Shown piece after piece: positions 27,002 through 35,640 of a DNA stretch of 37,659 bases. The translations under genes and the position numbers were made by a program. The notes under the pieces are model-generated. The model saw only the letters and a list, made by a program, of their open reading frames with translations, ran no database searches and had not been told where the DNA came from. How positions within the stretch are numbered: the first letter of the stretch is position 1; each line of letters starts with the position of its first letter. This stretch comes from a virus. The DNA lies in the IMG/VR virus record IMGVR_UViG_3300035661_000168, positions 1-37,659 of that record; one strand, written 5' to 3'.

Positions 27002-27978
27002 AGCTTAAGGCTGGTAGCGTTAAGAGATATGGAATTCCCTATCAAGGCTCCAAGACTAAGATCATAGATCAGATAGCTAGATATTTTCCCAATGCAGATC
27101 ACTTCTACGATCTCTTTGGCGGTGGATTCTCGGTCACTCATTACATGCTCGAGAATAGAAGAAAGTCTTTTAATAACTTTCACTTTAATGAAATACGTCC
27201 TGGCATTTGTGAATTAGTTAAAGACTCAATCTATGGTAAATACAATTATGATATATTTAAGCCAGAGTGGATTTCAAGAGATAGATTCATGGCCGAAAAA
27301 GAATCAAGCGCTTATATAAAAATCATATGGTCTTTTGGTAATAATGGAGAGGGTTACATCTTCGGAAAAGACAGGGAATCAAACGTAAGAAGCATGCACA
27401 TGGCCGTTGTGTTTGATGAGTTTGATGAGTGGTTTAAAGATACATTTAAAATAGATCGGTGGCCAAATTCTCTTGATATAACTGGCAAAAGATTGTATTT
27501 AAAAATGATCTTAAGAAAATTAAAACGAGTTGATCTCCAGCAACTCGAGCGACTCGAGCGACTCCAGCAACTCGAGCGACTCCAGCAACTCCAGCAACTC
27601 GAGCGACTCGAGCAACTCCAGCAACTCGAGCAACTCGAGCGACTCCAGCGACTCCATTTAACAAGTTTAGATTATCGACAAGTAAAGATAGAGACAAACT
27701 CCGTTATCTATTGTGACATTCCTTATTATGGAACAGCGGGGTATGGAGATGTGTTTAGTCATAAAGATTTCTTTGATTGGGCCTCTTCGCAAAACAATCC
27801 AGTGTTTGTATCTGAATACGAAGTCAAGGATGACAGATTTTATCTCTTAAAAGAATTCACACACAGATCTACATTCTCCTCAGGCGGAGATAAGAATATC
27901 CCAGTGACAGAGCGCCTGTACGGAAATAAGACGGCCTATGAAATAATTCAAAAGGCCATAGCGTCTCGTATCAAATAG
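26974..27978 (+). CDS. DNA N6-adenine methyltransferase, Dam/D12-class-like, with an internal 9-bp tandem-repeat insertion
   Basis: N-terminal PYQGSKTKI, AdoMet motif I DLFGGGFSV (FxGxG), catalytic motif IV CDIPYYG (a DPPY variant). Start is either ATG 26974 or GTG 26998 (GTGA overlap with the ParB-like stop). Confidence 0.75.
   Translation: MSSLWRSSVKLKAGSVKRYGIPYQGSKTKIIDQIARYFPNADHFYDLFGGGFSVTHYMLENRRKSFNNFHFNEIRPGICELVKDSIYGKYNYDIFKPEWISRDRFMAEKESSAYIKIIWSFGNNGEGYIFGKDRESNVRSMHMAVVFDEFDEWFKDTFKIDRWPNSLDITGKRLYLKMILRKLKRVDLQQLERLERLQQLERLQQLQQLERLEQLQQLEQLERLQRLHLTSLDYRQVKIETNSVIYCDIPYYGTAGYGDVFSHKDFFDWASSQNNPVFVSEYEVKDDRFYLLKEFTHRSTFSSGGDKNIPVTERLYGNKTAYEIIQKAIASRIK
27535..27654 (+). repeat. 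Perfect in-frame 9-bp tandem array, CTC-[C/G]AG-C[A/G]A x13 (plus a terminal CTC), encoding L-[Q/E]-[Q/R] repeats
   Basis: Read codon by codon: LQQ LER LER LQQ LER LQQ LQQ LER LEQ LQQ LEQ LER LQR L. Only unit positions 4 and 8 vary. Confidence 0.95.
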
Positions 27979-28050
27979 ATACGTTAAGCGACAACGAGCG
28001 CTTTGTTCCAAAAGAGAAGCCAAGCCTGTTAAGTAAACTGATCGATATGA

Positions 28051-28614
28051 TTAAAGCAGCTTAATTGTGGTCTGGCGCGGCCTAAAGGCTTGAACAACCC
28101 CGTCGTCGCCAGCCGCCTCTATATGTCTCTGAACGGTATCGTAGATCTGTAGCGTGTCTTCAAATGCAATATTAAAAGTGTCTGCGATCTCTGTTAGGTG
28201 CTGAATTTTTTTGGGCGGTAAAATTTGAATCTTTTCTGGACCACTTGGTTTTTGAATAGAGGAAAGCGCATCCAATTCTTTATTGCCGTCTGTTTCAAGC
28301 AAAAACGCGCTGCTCGTTTGTGAAAACAGGCGATCCCTACCATCGGCATGGGTTAACCTAACTTTCAATCCTACGCGGTCAAAATGCACAATCGTTTCGA
28401 CGCCCCATTCCACTTTTGCTTGATGTGTTATGATGGGCTCAAGTTTTTCGTTGGCGTCAGAATTTTGCCAGGCTTCGATGAGAATTTTTGTTAGGTCCAG
28501 GTTCATGTCAGATCGTTTAGACTTAAGATCCGACTTCTCGAGTTCGGCTTTAATTTCATTAATAAAAGTGGCTTCTGATTTCTGGCTTCGGTTTTGGAAG
28601 AATCTGGTCAACAA
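28051..28614 (-). CDS. Hypothetical protein (start uncertain; alternative Met 36 codons downstream)
   Basis: 187-aa ORF downstream of the helicase on the minus strand. The annotated start overlaps the helicase end by 56 nt. Confidence 0.55.
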   Translation of the reverse strand: MLTRFFQNRSQKSEATFINEIKAELEKSDLKSKRSDMNLDLTKILIEAWQNSDANEKLEPIITHQAKVEWGVETIVHFDRVGLKVRLTHADGRDRLFSQTSSAFLLETDGNKELDALSSIQKPSGPEKIQILPPKKIQHLTEIADTFNIAFEDTLQIYDTVQRHIEAAGDDGVVQAFRPRQTTIKLL

Positions 28615-29788
28615 GTTCGCCCTCGCTTAGTGAGCTTTTTTCAGGCTCGTAATTAATTTTTAACTCAAAGCCGTGTCTTCCGTGACGGTTCTTTAGGGCT
28701 TTGAGAATAAATCCATTCTCTTCAGTTTGGTGGAAAAATAAAACCGTAGATGCCGCCTGCATCATTCGCTTACTCGCTTTTGGTTTTCCGCTCTCCTCAT
28801 CGGCTTGCGATAAGATTACAACGTGCAGCTGTAAACGCTTAGCAAGCTCCTCAAGGGCTTCGCAAGCTTTTTGAATAAATTTCCACTCATCATCTCGAGA
28901 CTCATGAATAATTTTTTGATCGTAGTCGACAAATAAAAATTCAATCTTGCTTTTGTCTTTGCATTCGTTAGCAAGTATTTCTATGCGAGACAAGTCAAGT
29001 GATTTTCCAGAAGTGAAATGTAGGTTTCCAGAGAGGCGCATAACGTCTCTGACAGTTGTCTCGATCTTCTGAACGTAGTTTTGATTTCCAAGCTCGTACC
29101 TCTGAACCCCAGCTTCTGCCATTATGAATCTTGCAGTGAGGTCGTATTGGTCCATTTCCATGTTGATATACAAACTCGGGCGCTCACTTCGCCACAAGCC
29201 TCTTGCAAGAGCCATTGCGAGATTTGTTTTCCCAACCCCGGTGCCGGCAGTAAGAATTGTAACTCGACCAGGATTAAACCCGCCGATGAGCGATGAGAGA
29301 ACTTCCCACTTTGGAATTTTTACTTCGAACGTGTTTTCAGCAATGCGCCTTTCGGTCTCAAGAATAAAATCACTTGTCATGGCTTCGATTGATTTTACCT
29401 CAGCGAAGTCGGAGGCGGCGGCGAGCGCAACATACTCTTTCAGCAGATGGTGAAATTGTGTTGGATCAGCTTTAATTCTAAGACCCATTTCTCTAGCGAA
29501 AAGGACAGTTGACGAAGAATCAAAAATCGACGTGAGTCCAGCTGAGTCTTTCGGGAGTCCTGATGCCCCATCAACGTAATCAATACTCTCTGCAAAAGCG
29601 TACCTTGCAGCTACTACAGTTTTTTCTTTTACGAGAGATAAAAACTCATCGTACTTTACTTTCGCAGAACACTCAGGCCAACGCATTCCAACTATCCCAA
29701 GTTTTTTACAAAGCTCAAAGTATCCGTCTACGAAAACGCAGTTGAAAAGAATGGCGCTTAAGTTTTCATCAGCAAGCTTTGGACTCAC
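28559..29788 (-). CDS. dnaB: Replicative DNA helicase, DnaB-like
   Basis: Walker A GRVTILTAGTGVGKTNLAMALA, YINMEM, Walker B-like FLFVDYDQ, HVVILSQ, KNRHG. GTG start in a GTGA overlap with the upstream gene. Confidence 0.8.
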   Translation of the reverse strand: MSPKLADENLSAILFNCVFVDGYFELCKKLGIVGMRWPECSAKVKYDEFLSLVKEKTVVAARYAFAESIDYVDGASGLPKDSAGLTSIFDSSSTVLFAREMGLRIKADPTQFHHLLKEYVALAAASDFAEVKSIEAMTSDFILETERRIAENTFEVKIPKWEVLSSLIGGFNPGRVTILTAGTGVGKTNLAMALARGLWRSERPSLYINMEMDQYDLTARFIMAEAGVQRYELGNQNYVQKIETTVRDVMRLSGNLHFTSGKSLDLSRIEILANECKDKSKIEFLFVDYDQKIIHESRDDEWKFIQKACEALEELAKRLQLHVVILSQADEESGKPKASKRMMQAASTVLFFHQTEENGFILKALKNRHGRHGFELKINYEPEKSSLSEGELVDQILPKPKPEIRSHFY

Positions 29789-30489
29789 TTTGCAACCCCG
29801 ATTTCACTCAAGAGCGCTTTGCGAAAGTATCTTCGCTTACCGGAAAGAGTTGACGAAATGTTTGAGGCCGCTTCGGAGAGTTCTTGCATAACTAAATTAA
29901 ATTCCCTTTCATCTCGAAATCTTGCGAGTAGCGCATCCTTGTGCCTTAAAATTCCTGTATCGCCAAGTGTTTCATAAACCCTGGTTTCAATTATTTTCAA
30001 TAAGCCTGAATTTTCAGCAGCTGCTGCTTTTGTGGGCAGTGGATCAAATGCTGTGCTTTGCGTTTTTGTTACTTCTACATCTACATCTAATTCTAATTCT
30101 TTATCTAATTCTATATCTAGGCGCGGGTTTTGCGCGTGTTGACCGCGGGTTGACCGCGCTTTTTTCATGTCTCTATCCAATAAATTCAATAAGATAGGCA
30201 TGTCGATTTCAATAAATTCCTCAGAAATTTTGAAAAAAAGTAAAGAATATTCTTGGGAAAACCTTAGAAATTCCTGAAGTTTTGCTGAGGATATGTGTAG
30301 GTTTCTCCGAACTAATTGTTCATGAAACCTAAACTTTTGTTGAACATTTGGCTCAATATTTTCCAACTTTTCGGCGCACATTTCCATCAAAGTATAGTAA
30401 CAAGAGGGCCCCATATGGCCCATTTTGCCAAAGAGCAACTGAATGGACTGACCCCGATGGTTGTCCGTAAAATGCTTAAACCAACGCAT
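29785..30489 (-). CDS. Replication initiation / replisome organiser protein (DUF4373, Lin1244-like N-terminal domain)
   Basis: N-terminus MRWFKHFTDNHRGQSIQLLFGKMGHMGPSCYYTLMEMCAE matches the M.WFkH....d.ki..L....G..G.g.Y..l.E pattern. AAGGAG lies 7 nt upstream. It sits directly upstream of the helicase. Confidence 0.6.
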   Translation of the reverse strand: MRWFKHFTDNHRGQSIQLLFGKMGHMGPSCYYTLMEMCAEKLENIEPNVQQKFRFHEQLVRRNLHISSAKLQEFLRFSQEYSLLFFKISEEFIEIDMPILLNLLDRDMKKARSTRGQHAQNPRLDIELDKELELDVDVEVTKTQSTAFDPLPTKAAAAENSGLLKIIETRVYETLGDTGILRHKDALLARFRDEREFNLVMQELSEAASNISSTLSGKRRYFRKALLSEIGVAK

Positions 30490-30816
30490 TGTAAATTCTC
30501 CTTTATATATATAGACGCAATAAATAAACCATTGATCTTTTGAATGTTTTGCTAGATTCTGCAGATCAATTGGTTTATCGCAACTCCAATTCTTAGCCCT
30601 TCACTTTAAAAAGTCGAGGGCTTTGTCTTTTTAAGACACGCGTCGAAATTATTTTCTCGACACTATTTAAATCTTGTTGTTTAAGAATTCTCGTACCGGC
30701 GACCAGAATAATAAAAATTTAATATTAGGCCTCACTCTGACTCTCTGTTCCCTTCTACTTTCGCCGGTAGTCAACACGGGATAGGAGTGAGGTTTGATTC
30801 TTAATAGGAGTTGAGA
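30490..30816. promoter_or_regulatory. Divergent intergenic control region (candidate early promoters, operators or origin)
   Basis: 327 bp between divergently oriented replication and recombination operons. AT-rich tracts (tatatatata; aataataaaaatttaatatta). Inverted repeats: AACCATTGATCT/AGATCAATTGGTT (about 30529-30578), GTCGAG/CTCGAC, and TACCGGCGA (30694-30702)/TCGCCGGTA (30761-30769). Confidence 0.4.
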
Positions 30817-31521
30817 ATGGAATTAGCCACAACAGCAGAGTCATCGTCATATGAGAGAACGATAAACAAAGTCTCCGCCGCCTTCGTTGCCGCTCAAGCT
30901 AGTTTCCCAGAGATACCAAAAGATAAGCTTGTAGACGTTGGACAATACTCTTACAGCTATGCCGAGCTTGGAACGATCATATCTATGATAAAACCAGCGC
31001 TGAAAGAACATGGGCTTGCAATCATTCAATCCATCGAACAAGCCGATGCAAACACTTGCGTGCTGTTAACCTCGATAGTCCACACCTCTGGTCAAAAGCT
31101 AACCTCAGGCCTACCGTTTCAATTTAAGCCAGGGCTTCCACCACAGCAGCAGGGTGGGCTGATCACCTACATGAAGCGATATGGTCTATGCTTAGCCATA
31201 GGCATATCTCCAGAGGATGATCTAGATGCGCGAGATACAGCTGATGAGAAGCTAAAGTCTAAATCAAAACAAGCCCCAGTAAATCATGCGCCTGGCCAGG
31301 CTGGAACTATATCAGAAGCTCAAGGTAAACTTTTATGGGTTAACTTACAAAAGGCCGGCTGGTCAGAAGAACAGGCTAAGAACTTCATAGGGATTAGATA
31401 TAAAAAGTCATCAAGTAAGGATCTTCGAACTAAACACTTAAATGATTTCTTAGATATTTTAAAATCTGGAACATCATATGATAAAGCGCAGCAGCTGCCG
31501 AGGCCAGAGGGTTTGGCTTGA
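30817..31521 (+). CDS. erf: ERF-family single-strand annealing recombinase
   Basis: QYSYSYAELGTIISMIKPALKEHGLAIIQS is the ERF core (Y.YA.L..v....p.L...Gl...Q). AGGAG lies 7 nt upstream of ATG 30817 (the ORF track used TTG 30811). Confidence 0.75.
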   Translation: MELATTAESSSYERTINKVSAAFVAAQASFPEIPKDKLVDVGQYSYSYAELGTIISMIKPALKEHGLAIIQSIEQADANTCVLLTSIVHTSGQKLTSGLPFQFKPGLPPQQQGGLITYMKRYGLCLAIGISPEDDLDARDTADEKLKSKSKQAPVNHAPGQAGTISEAQGKLLWVNLQKAGWSEEQAKNFIGIRYKKSSSKDLRTKHLNDFLDILKSGTSYDKAQQLPRPEGLA

Positions 31522-31730
31522 AGCAAGAAGAGTTTGAAACATGGAAGATCGTGTCCATGAAACGAAAGCCTAATTGCGGTATAGAAGAGATGTACAAAAT
31601 GAAGGTGCCTGGCGGTTACATATATAGATATTCTAGAACTGAAACAGAGGGCTTAAGTAACATGATAATATCAGACACCATGGTGTTTGTACCATATGCC
31701 GAGGAGCTTGGCGGATTAGAGGGGTTATGA
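31518..31730 (+). CDS. Hypothetical protein
   Basis: 70-aa ORF. TTGA overlap with the erf stop and ATGA overlap with the next gene. Confidence 0.5.
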   Translation: MKQEEFETWKIVSMKRKPNCGIEEMYKMKVPGGYIYRYSRTETEGLSNMIISDTMVFVPYAEELGGLEGL

Positions 31731-32233
31731 GTGAAGCACATCCAGACGGATTCGTTAGGTCCAACCGAAGGACGCGCACAATCATACTAAAAAACAAGCC
31801 AAAGACTCGCGGAAGAATTAAGTTCGGACTTTTGCAAAACGGAAAAGTCTACCACAGGTTCCTGCATACCTTAATTTTAGAAACCTTTATCGGGCCAAGG
31901 CCCGAGGGCCACGTTGGGTGCCATCGAGATGATAATTGTCTCAACAACAAGTTGGAGAATTTATATTGGGGAACGGCTCAGCAGAATAATGAAGATAAGA
32001 TTCGCAACGGTAAAATCTGGAGAGGCGAAACTCATCCAAACGCTAAGCTCACGGCTAAAGACGTCGAAGAAATTCGCAAACTTTACAGATTTAATTACAG
32101 AGGAAAAAACGGCTGCCGAGATTTAGCTGAGCGCTATGGCGTAACCAAGCATGGAATACTTATGGTTATGTGGGGCAAGAAAATTTGGAAAAGAGAAGCC
32201 CTAACCACGACCGCCGAAGGGGGTGAGGGGTGA
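31727..32233 (+). CDS. HNH homing-type endonuclease
   Basis: HRFLHTLILETFIGPRPEGHVGCHRDDNCLNNKLENLYWGTAQQN (H-N-N/H core typical of phage HNH_3 endonucleases). 168 aa. Confidence 0.8.
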   Translation: MSEAHPDGFVRSNRRTRTIILKNKPKTRGRIKFGLLQNGKVYHRFLHTLILETFIGPRPEGHVGCHRDDNCLNNKLENLYWGTAQQNNEDKIRNGKIWRGETHPNAKLTAKDVEEIRKLYRFNYRGKNGCRDLAERYGVTKHGILMVMWGKKIWKREALTTTAEGGEG

Positions 32234-32262
32234 AAATATTTAAAACCAAACAAGGAGAAACT

Positions 32263-32576
32263 ATGGAACAAGAATTTGAAACGATCACGATTAACGGTAA
32301 GAAGTACTATTCGCACGAACAGAAAGAAGACATCAAAGGTGATATTAAAATTATTGTTCTTCAAAGAGGCTGGGTATTAGTTGGAAAGCTAGTCAAGGAC
32401 GGTACTAAATGTAAATTGCAGAATGCTTCTGTGATTCGTAATTGGGGTACAACTAAAGGACTTGGCGAGCTAGCTGAAAAAGGACCGCAAACTAGTACAA
32501 AATTAGACCCATGTAATGGCGAGGTTGAGTTTGATATTTTAACGATGGTTTTAAGTATCAGCGTTAAGGAGTCAGT

Positions 32577-32595
<19 letters not shown>
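32263..32595 (+). CDS. Hypothetical protein (conserved-looking; function unknown)
   Basis: AAGGAG lies 6 nt upstream of ATG 32263 (the ORF track used an upstream start at 32230). Globular-looking sequence IIVLQRGWVLVGKL...VIRNWGTTKGLGELAEKGP. Confidence 0.65.
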
Positions 32596-32882
<287 letters not shown>

Positions 32883-32896
32883 TCCCACCCTCCCGA

Positions 32897-33060
32897 GATG
32901 AAAGTGAGAGAAGATGAAAATAAGAAGAGTTTTTGCTCACGTAATAATGTCACCAGTTTATATTTTAAACGCTTACTGTCTAGTCATTATGTCGCCTGTT
33001 TTTTTGTTTGCGTGGGCAGTGAGTGAATTGCGAACAGATGATGAAAGTGAGTGAAGATGA
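32897..33060 (+). repeat. 21-bp direct repeat GATGAAAGTGAG[A/T]GAAGATGA at 32897-32917 and 33040-33060, each containing a start codon
   Basis: 20 of 21 bases identical. Copy 1 supplies ATG 32914 and copy 2 supplies ATG 33057. Confidence 0.85.
32914..33054 (+). CDS. Small hydrophobic protein (46 aa), below the ORF-track length cut-off
   Basis: MKIRRVFAHVIMSPVYILNAYCLVIMSPVFLFAWAVSELRTDDESE*. Purine-rich GAAAGTGAGAGAAG lies upstream of the ATG. The ORF fills an otherwise unexplained 170-bp gap. Confidence 0.4.
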   Translation: MKIRRVFAHVIMSPVYILNAYCLVIMSPVFLFAWAVSELRTDDESE

Positions 33061-33275
33061 TTAAACATAAGCGCACGCACCAATTAAAAAGACATGGTGA
33101 TTACTGGACAATTGCCAGATCATCTTGTGGTTTAGAGGTTAAGCGTTCAAGCACAACAACATCGGATCTAGAAGTGACTTGCAAGCGATGCGCGTTTGAG
33201 ATCCTAATGATTTATCAAAATAAAACAAATCAAATTAAGCATAACATTGATGCGAGTTCATATGACAATATTTGA
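33057..33275 (+). CDS. Hypothetical protein (possible small Cys-containing/zinc-binding protein)
   Basis: ATG 33057 lies within repeat copy 2 (the ORF track used GTG 33051). 72 aa with SSCG...CKRC. Confidence 0.5.
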   Translation: MIKHKRTHQLKRHGDYWTIARSSCGLEVKRSSTTTSDLEVTCKRCAFEILMIYQNKTNQIKHNIDASSYDNI

Positions 33276-33585
33276 TCCACCTATACGGGATATAATTGCT
33301 CGAGCAAAAGAATATTGCCGAGACTCACATGGCGCTGAATATGATTTAATGCGTGATTTAATTTATCTAGCGGAAAAATTTAAACACGAATTTAAAATGC
33401 TTCAGAGTGGAGCATCAAGATTGAATGATAATAATATGACACAAATCCAATCGCTGGAGTTGCAGGTTAAGGAATTGAGAAAAATTTTAGAGCAGATAGC
33501 AGATACTGACTCTCGAGGGAATCGTTCGGTTGGATTGGTAAATGCCTTTAATGTACTCAAAAAATACCCCAAGCAGAAGGAGTAG
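33250..33585 (+). CDS. Hypothetical coiled-coil protein
   Basis: 111-aa ORF. ATG 33250 (alternative 33262). Overlaps the previous ORF end. Confidence 0.5.
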   Translation: MRVHMTIFDPPIRDIIARAKEYCRDSHGAEYDLMRDLIYLAEKFKHEFKMLQSGASRLNDNNMTQIQSLELQVKELRKILEQIADTDSRGNRSVGLVNAFNVLKKYPKQKE

Positions 33586-33825
33586 AGGGATGAAAAAGAT
33601 TTCACGTATATCAGACTTTTTGTTTGATCAATATAAAACTAGGCTACGCCAAGAGGTAAACTCTTATTGCACTATCGGGATGCTTAAGACACCAGACATG
33701 ACAAGCAAGTAGCTAAGGGAAGAATACTTTAGCAAGATGGCTAAGCACTTTGGGTTTGAAATAGAATGGAAGTATGATACCAATTTAGGTGTTATAGATA
33801 AACAAATATCAAATGAGGATGTCAC

Positions 33826-34092
33826 ATGACCAGACAGTTTAGAAGGCAGGGATATTATTTAAGAACTCTGCGTACAGAATCAGGGCTTACTCAAAAGCAA
33901 TTAGGTAAGAAGATGGGGATACATGCCCAATTTATTTCCAATGCAGAAAGAGGAGTGTCGGCTCTTCCGATTACATACTTAAAGAAAATTAAACTCGGCA
34001 TGTATGGATTTCACACAGAAGCATATATTGGTGCCGCAATATTAGACGCAGCTGACGGAATAGAATCTTACCTTCGCAACTCTTTAAAGTAA
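33826..34092 (+). CDS. XRE/Cro-type helix-turn-helix transcriptional regulator
   Basis: LRTLRTESGLTQKQLGKKMGIHAQFISNAERGVSALP is a canonical HTH_3 pattern. GAGGA Shine-Dalgarno. Confidence 0.8.
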   Translation: MTRQFRRQGYYLRTLRTESGLTQKQLGKKMGIHAQFISNAERGVSALPITYLKKIKLGMYGFHTEAYIGAAILDAADGIESYLRNSLK

Positions 34093-34098
34093 ATCAAG

Positions 34099-34428
34099 AT
34101 GGATGAAGAGCTGAACGACCTAATAAATATTAAAGTAGAGAGCGAGCTTGAGGCCGCCATTGGCGATTATGTAGAGATCATGCGCAACGTATTTGGCGAA
34201 AATAATATAAACGATGAGATCATACGCAATAAGTTCTTAGAGCACATAAACAAAATGAGAGCTAAGGCTGACAAGACAGACGTAGAAGATCTCATGCATG
34301 AGTTTGGAACCGCATTCTTTGCTGCCGTTAACTTCGATATAGAGGCAGGCGTGTTCTTACAAAGGGCTGTATCGACCATAGGCAAGCTCAAGCAGGCAAA
34401 GAAGCAAACCACAAGGGGGCTGCACTAA
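34099..34428 (+). CDS. Hypothetical protein
   Basis: 109-aa acidic ORF. TAATG overlap with the next gene. Confidence 0.55.
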   Translation: MDEELNDLINIKVESELEAAIGDYVEIMRNVFGENNINDEIIRNKFLEHINKMRAKADKTDVEDLMHEFGTAFFAAVNFDIEAGVFLQRAVSTIGKLKQAKKQTTRGLH

Positions 34429-34631
34429 TGGATAAGATGTTAGATAAGTGTTTATTAAGAAAAGAGCATCTTGAGAAGGCAGCGCTTGAAGCAACCGAAG
34501 CCGCATATGGACCCATAGTAAATGCCGAAAGAACGGCCTACTACATGGGCTATTACAAGTGCTATGAGGATCTTTTATCAAGCTGGGAATCAATCTACAT
34601 CCCAAAAGAAGAAGTGTCTGGAAACAATTAA
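34428..34631 (+). CDS. Hypothetical protein
   Basis: 67-aa ORF, translationally coupled to the upstream gene. Confidence 0.5.
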   Translation: MDKMLDKCLLRKEHLEKAALEATEAAYGPIVNAERTAYYMGYYKCYEDLLSSWESIYIPKEEVSGNN

Positions 34632-34965
34632 AGTAATACTTGAAGAAGTCAGGCCATGGCTCACGCCAACGCTTACGCTAATCGCGGGGGTTTATATTAG
34701 ATCGATCTTACTTAAGATTGGCAAGATAGATAAACTAGACCCTTTGATCGAAAAAGTTATAGAGCTTCAAAAGGTTAGAGAAGAGTGGGTGCAGGCGCAG
34801 ATCAAGCTTGCTGTGATTTCAGTAAAGCTAGAGGACGCGGCCGATAAGTTTGAGCAGCTCATCATCTTAGAGAGAAACTTAGCGACAGCGTTTAAGCAGA
34901 TCGATGCGCTAAAGGGAAAGGTAAATTTTAATGAAGAAACTCAAGGGCCGGGGAACAAAGGCTAA
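34522..34965 (+). CDS. Hypothetical membrane-anchored coiled-coil protein (start uncertain)
   Basis: Hydrophobic segment WLTPTLTLIAGVYIRSILL followed by a coiled coil. The annotated start overlaps the previous ORF by 110 nt (alternative ATG at 34564). Confidence 0.45.
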   Translation: MPKERPTTWAITSAMRIFYQAGNQSTSQKKKCLETIKVILEEVRPWLTPTLTLIAGVYIRSILLKIGKIDKLDPLIEKVIELQKVREEWVQAQIKLAVISVKLEDAADKFEQLIILERNLATAFKQIDALKGKVNFNEETQGPGNKG

Positions 34966-35197
34966 GACCACGGAAGCTGAGAAGGTGGAGTTCATTCGTG
35001 AGCACTTCCCGAAAGCTTTAAAAGTAAACCCCTACATAGATCAAGACGAACTGCTTGAAGACATTCGCCGCGGCCTCATTGCCGGAAACTTCTATCAGGC
35101 TAATAAATACATGACCTATAATATTGAGCAGTCTAGAATTATACAGCTCGTGCTAAGGGCTCAGGGCAATAAAAGAACCTACCGATCAGGCCTATAA
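34931..35197 (+). CDS. Hypothetical protein
   Basis: 88-aa ORF. Last gene before the terminator at 35308. Confidence 0.5.
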   Translation: MKKLKGRGTKAKTTEAEKVEFIREHFPKALKVNPYIDQDELLEDIRRGLIAGNFYQANKYMTYNIEQSRIIQLVLRAQGNKRTYRSGL

Positions 35198-35307
35198 ATA
35201 AGACCTAGACAACGATAAGGCCTCACGTCACGATTAGAGCTGGCTCCCCGTAGCAATCATTTATGATGGCGCTCAGGTGAGAACTCAAGGATGAGATATT
35301 CCTTTGC

Positions 35308-35347
35308 GCCCCCAGGGATAAGAGATTGTTCCGGGGGCCAACTTTTT
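35308..35347 (+). terminator. Rho-independent terminator separating the early region from the fibre genes
   Basis: GCCCCCAG (35308-35315) pairs with CCGGGGGC (35331-35338); that is 6 GC pairs, one mismatch, then 1 more pair. ACTTTTT follows. Confidence 0.7.
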
Positions 35348-35361
35348 AAAGGACATTGTCG

Positions 35362-35640
35362 ATGGCCGATAATCAAAAGGTACTAGCTGGACTTGTAATG
35401 GACCGAGGCACCCCACTCGGCAATACCGTAGGATCAGACGGCAGGGGTAAGCTCCACACACTATCCGTTACATCACTCGTCGACTACGGATGGGGCTGGT
35501 TCACGGTCGCCTACCCATCAAGCATCCAAGAGGTCTATACGTTTTACCCGGACTCAAGTATGGCCACAGTTTTAGGACAAGTGGTTTTAAACTATACTGA
35601 CGCCACGAAAACAGATCTCGCAAGCGGGGGCGCTCTTTGA
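35362..35640 (+). CDS. Hypothetical structural protein
   Basis: AAAGGA lies 8 nt upstream of ATG 35362 (the ORF track used TTG 35356). First gene of the fibre operon. Confidence 0.55.
   Translation: MADNQKVLAGLVMDRGTPLGNTVGSDGRGKLHTLSVTSLVDYGWGWFTVAYPSSIQEVYTFYPDSSMATVLGQVVLNYTDATKTDLASGGAL

Noticed and set aside
33590-33827. Two very small ORFs (about 40 aa from ATG 33590; about 30 aa from ATG 33735, ending in an ATGA overlap with the HTH gene)
   Set aside because: They are plausible gap fillers but fall below any length at which I can distinguish coding from chance without comparative data. They are not listed as features.
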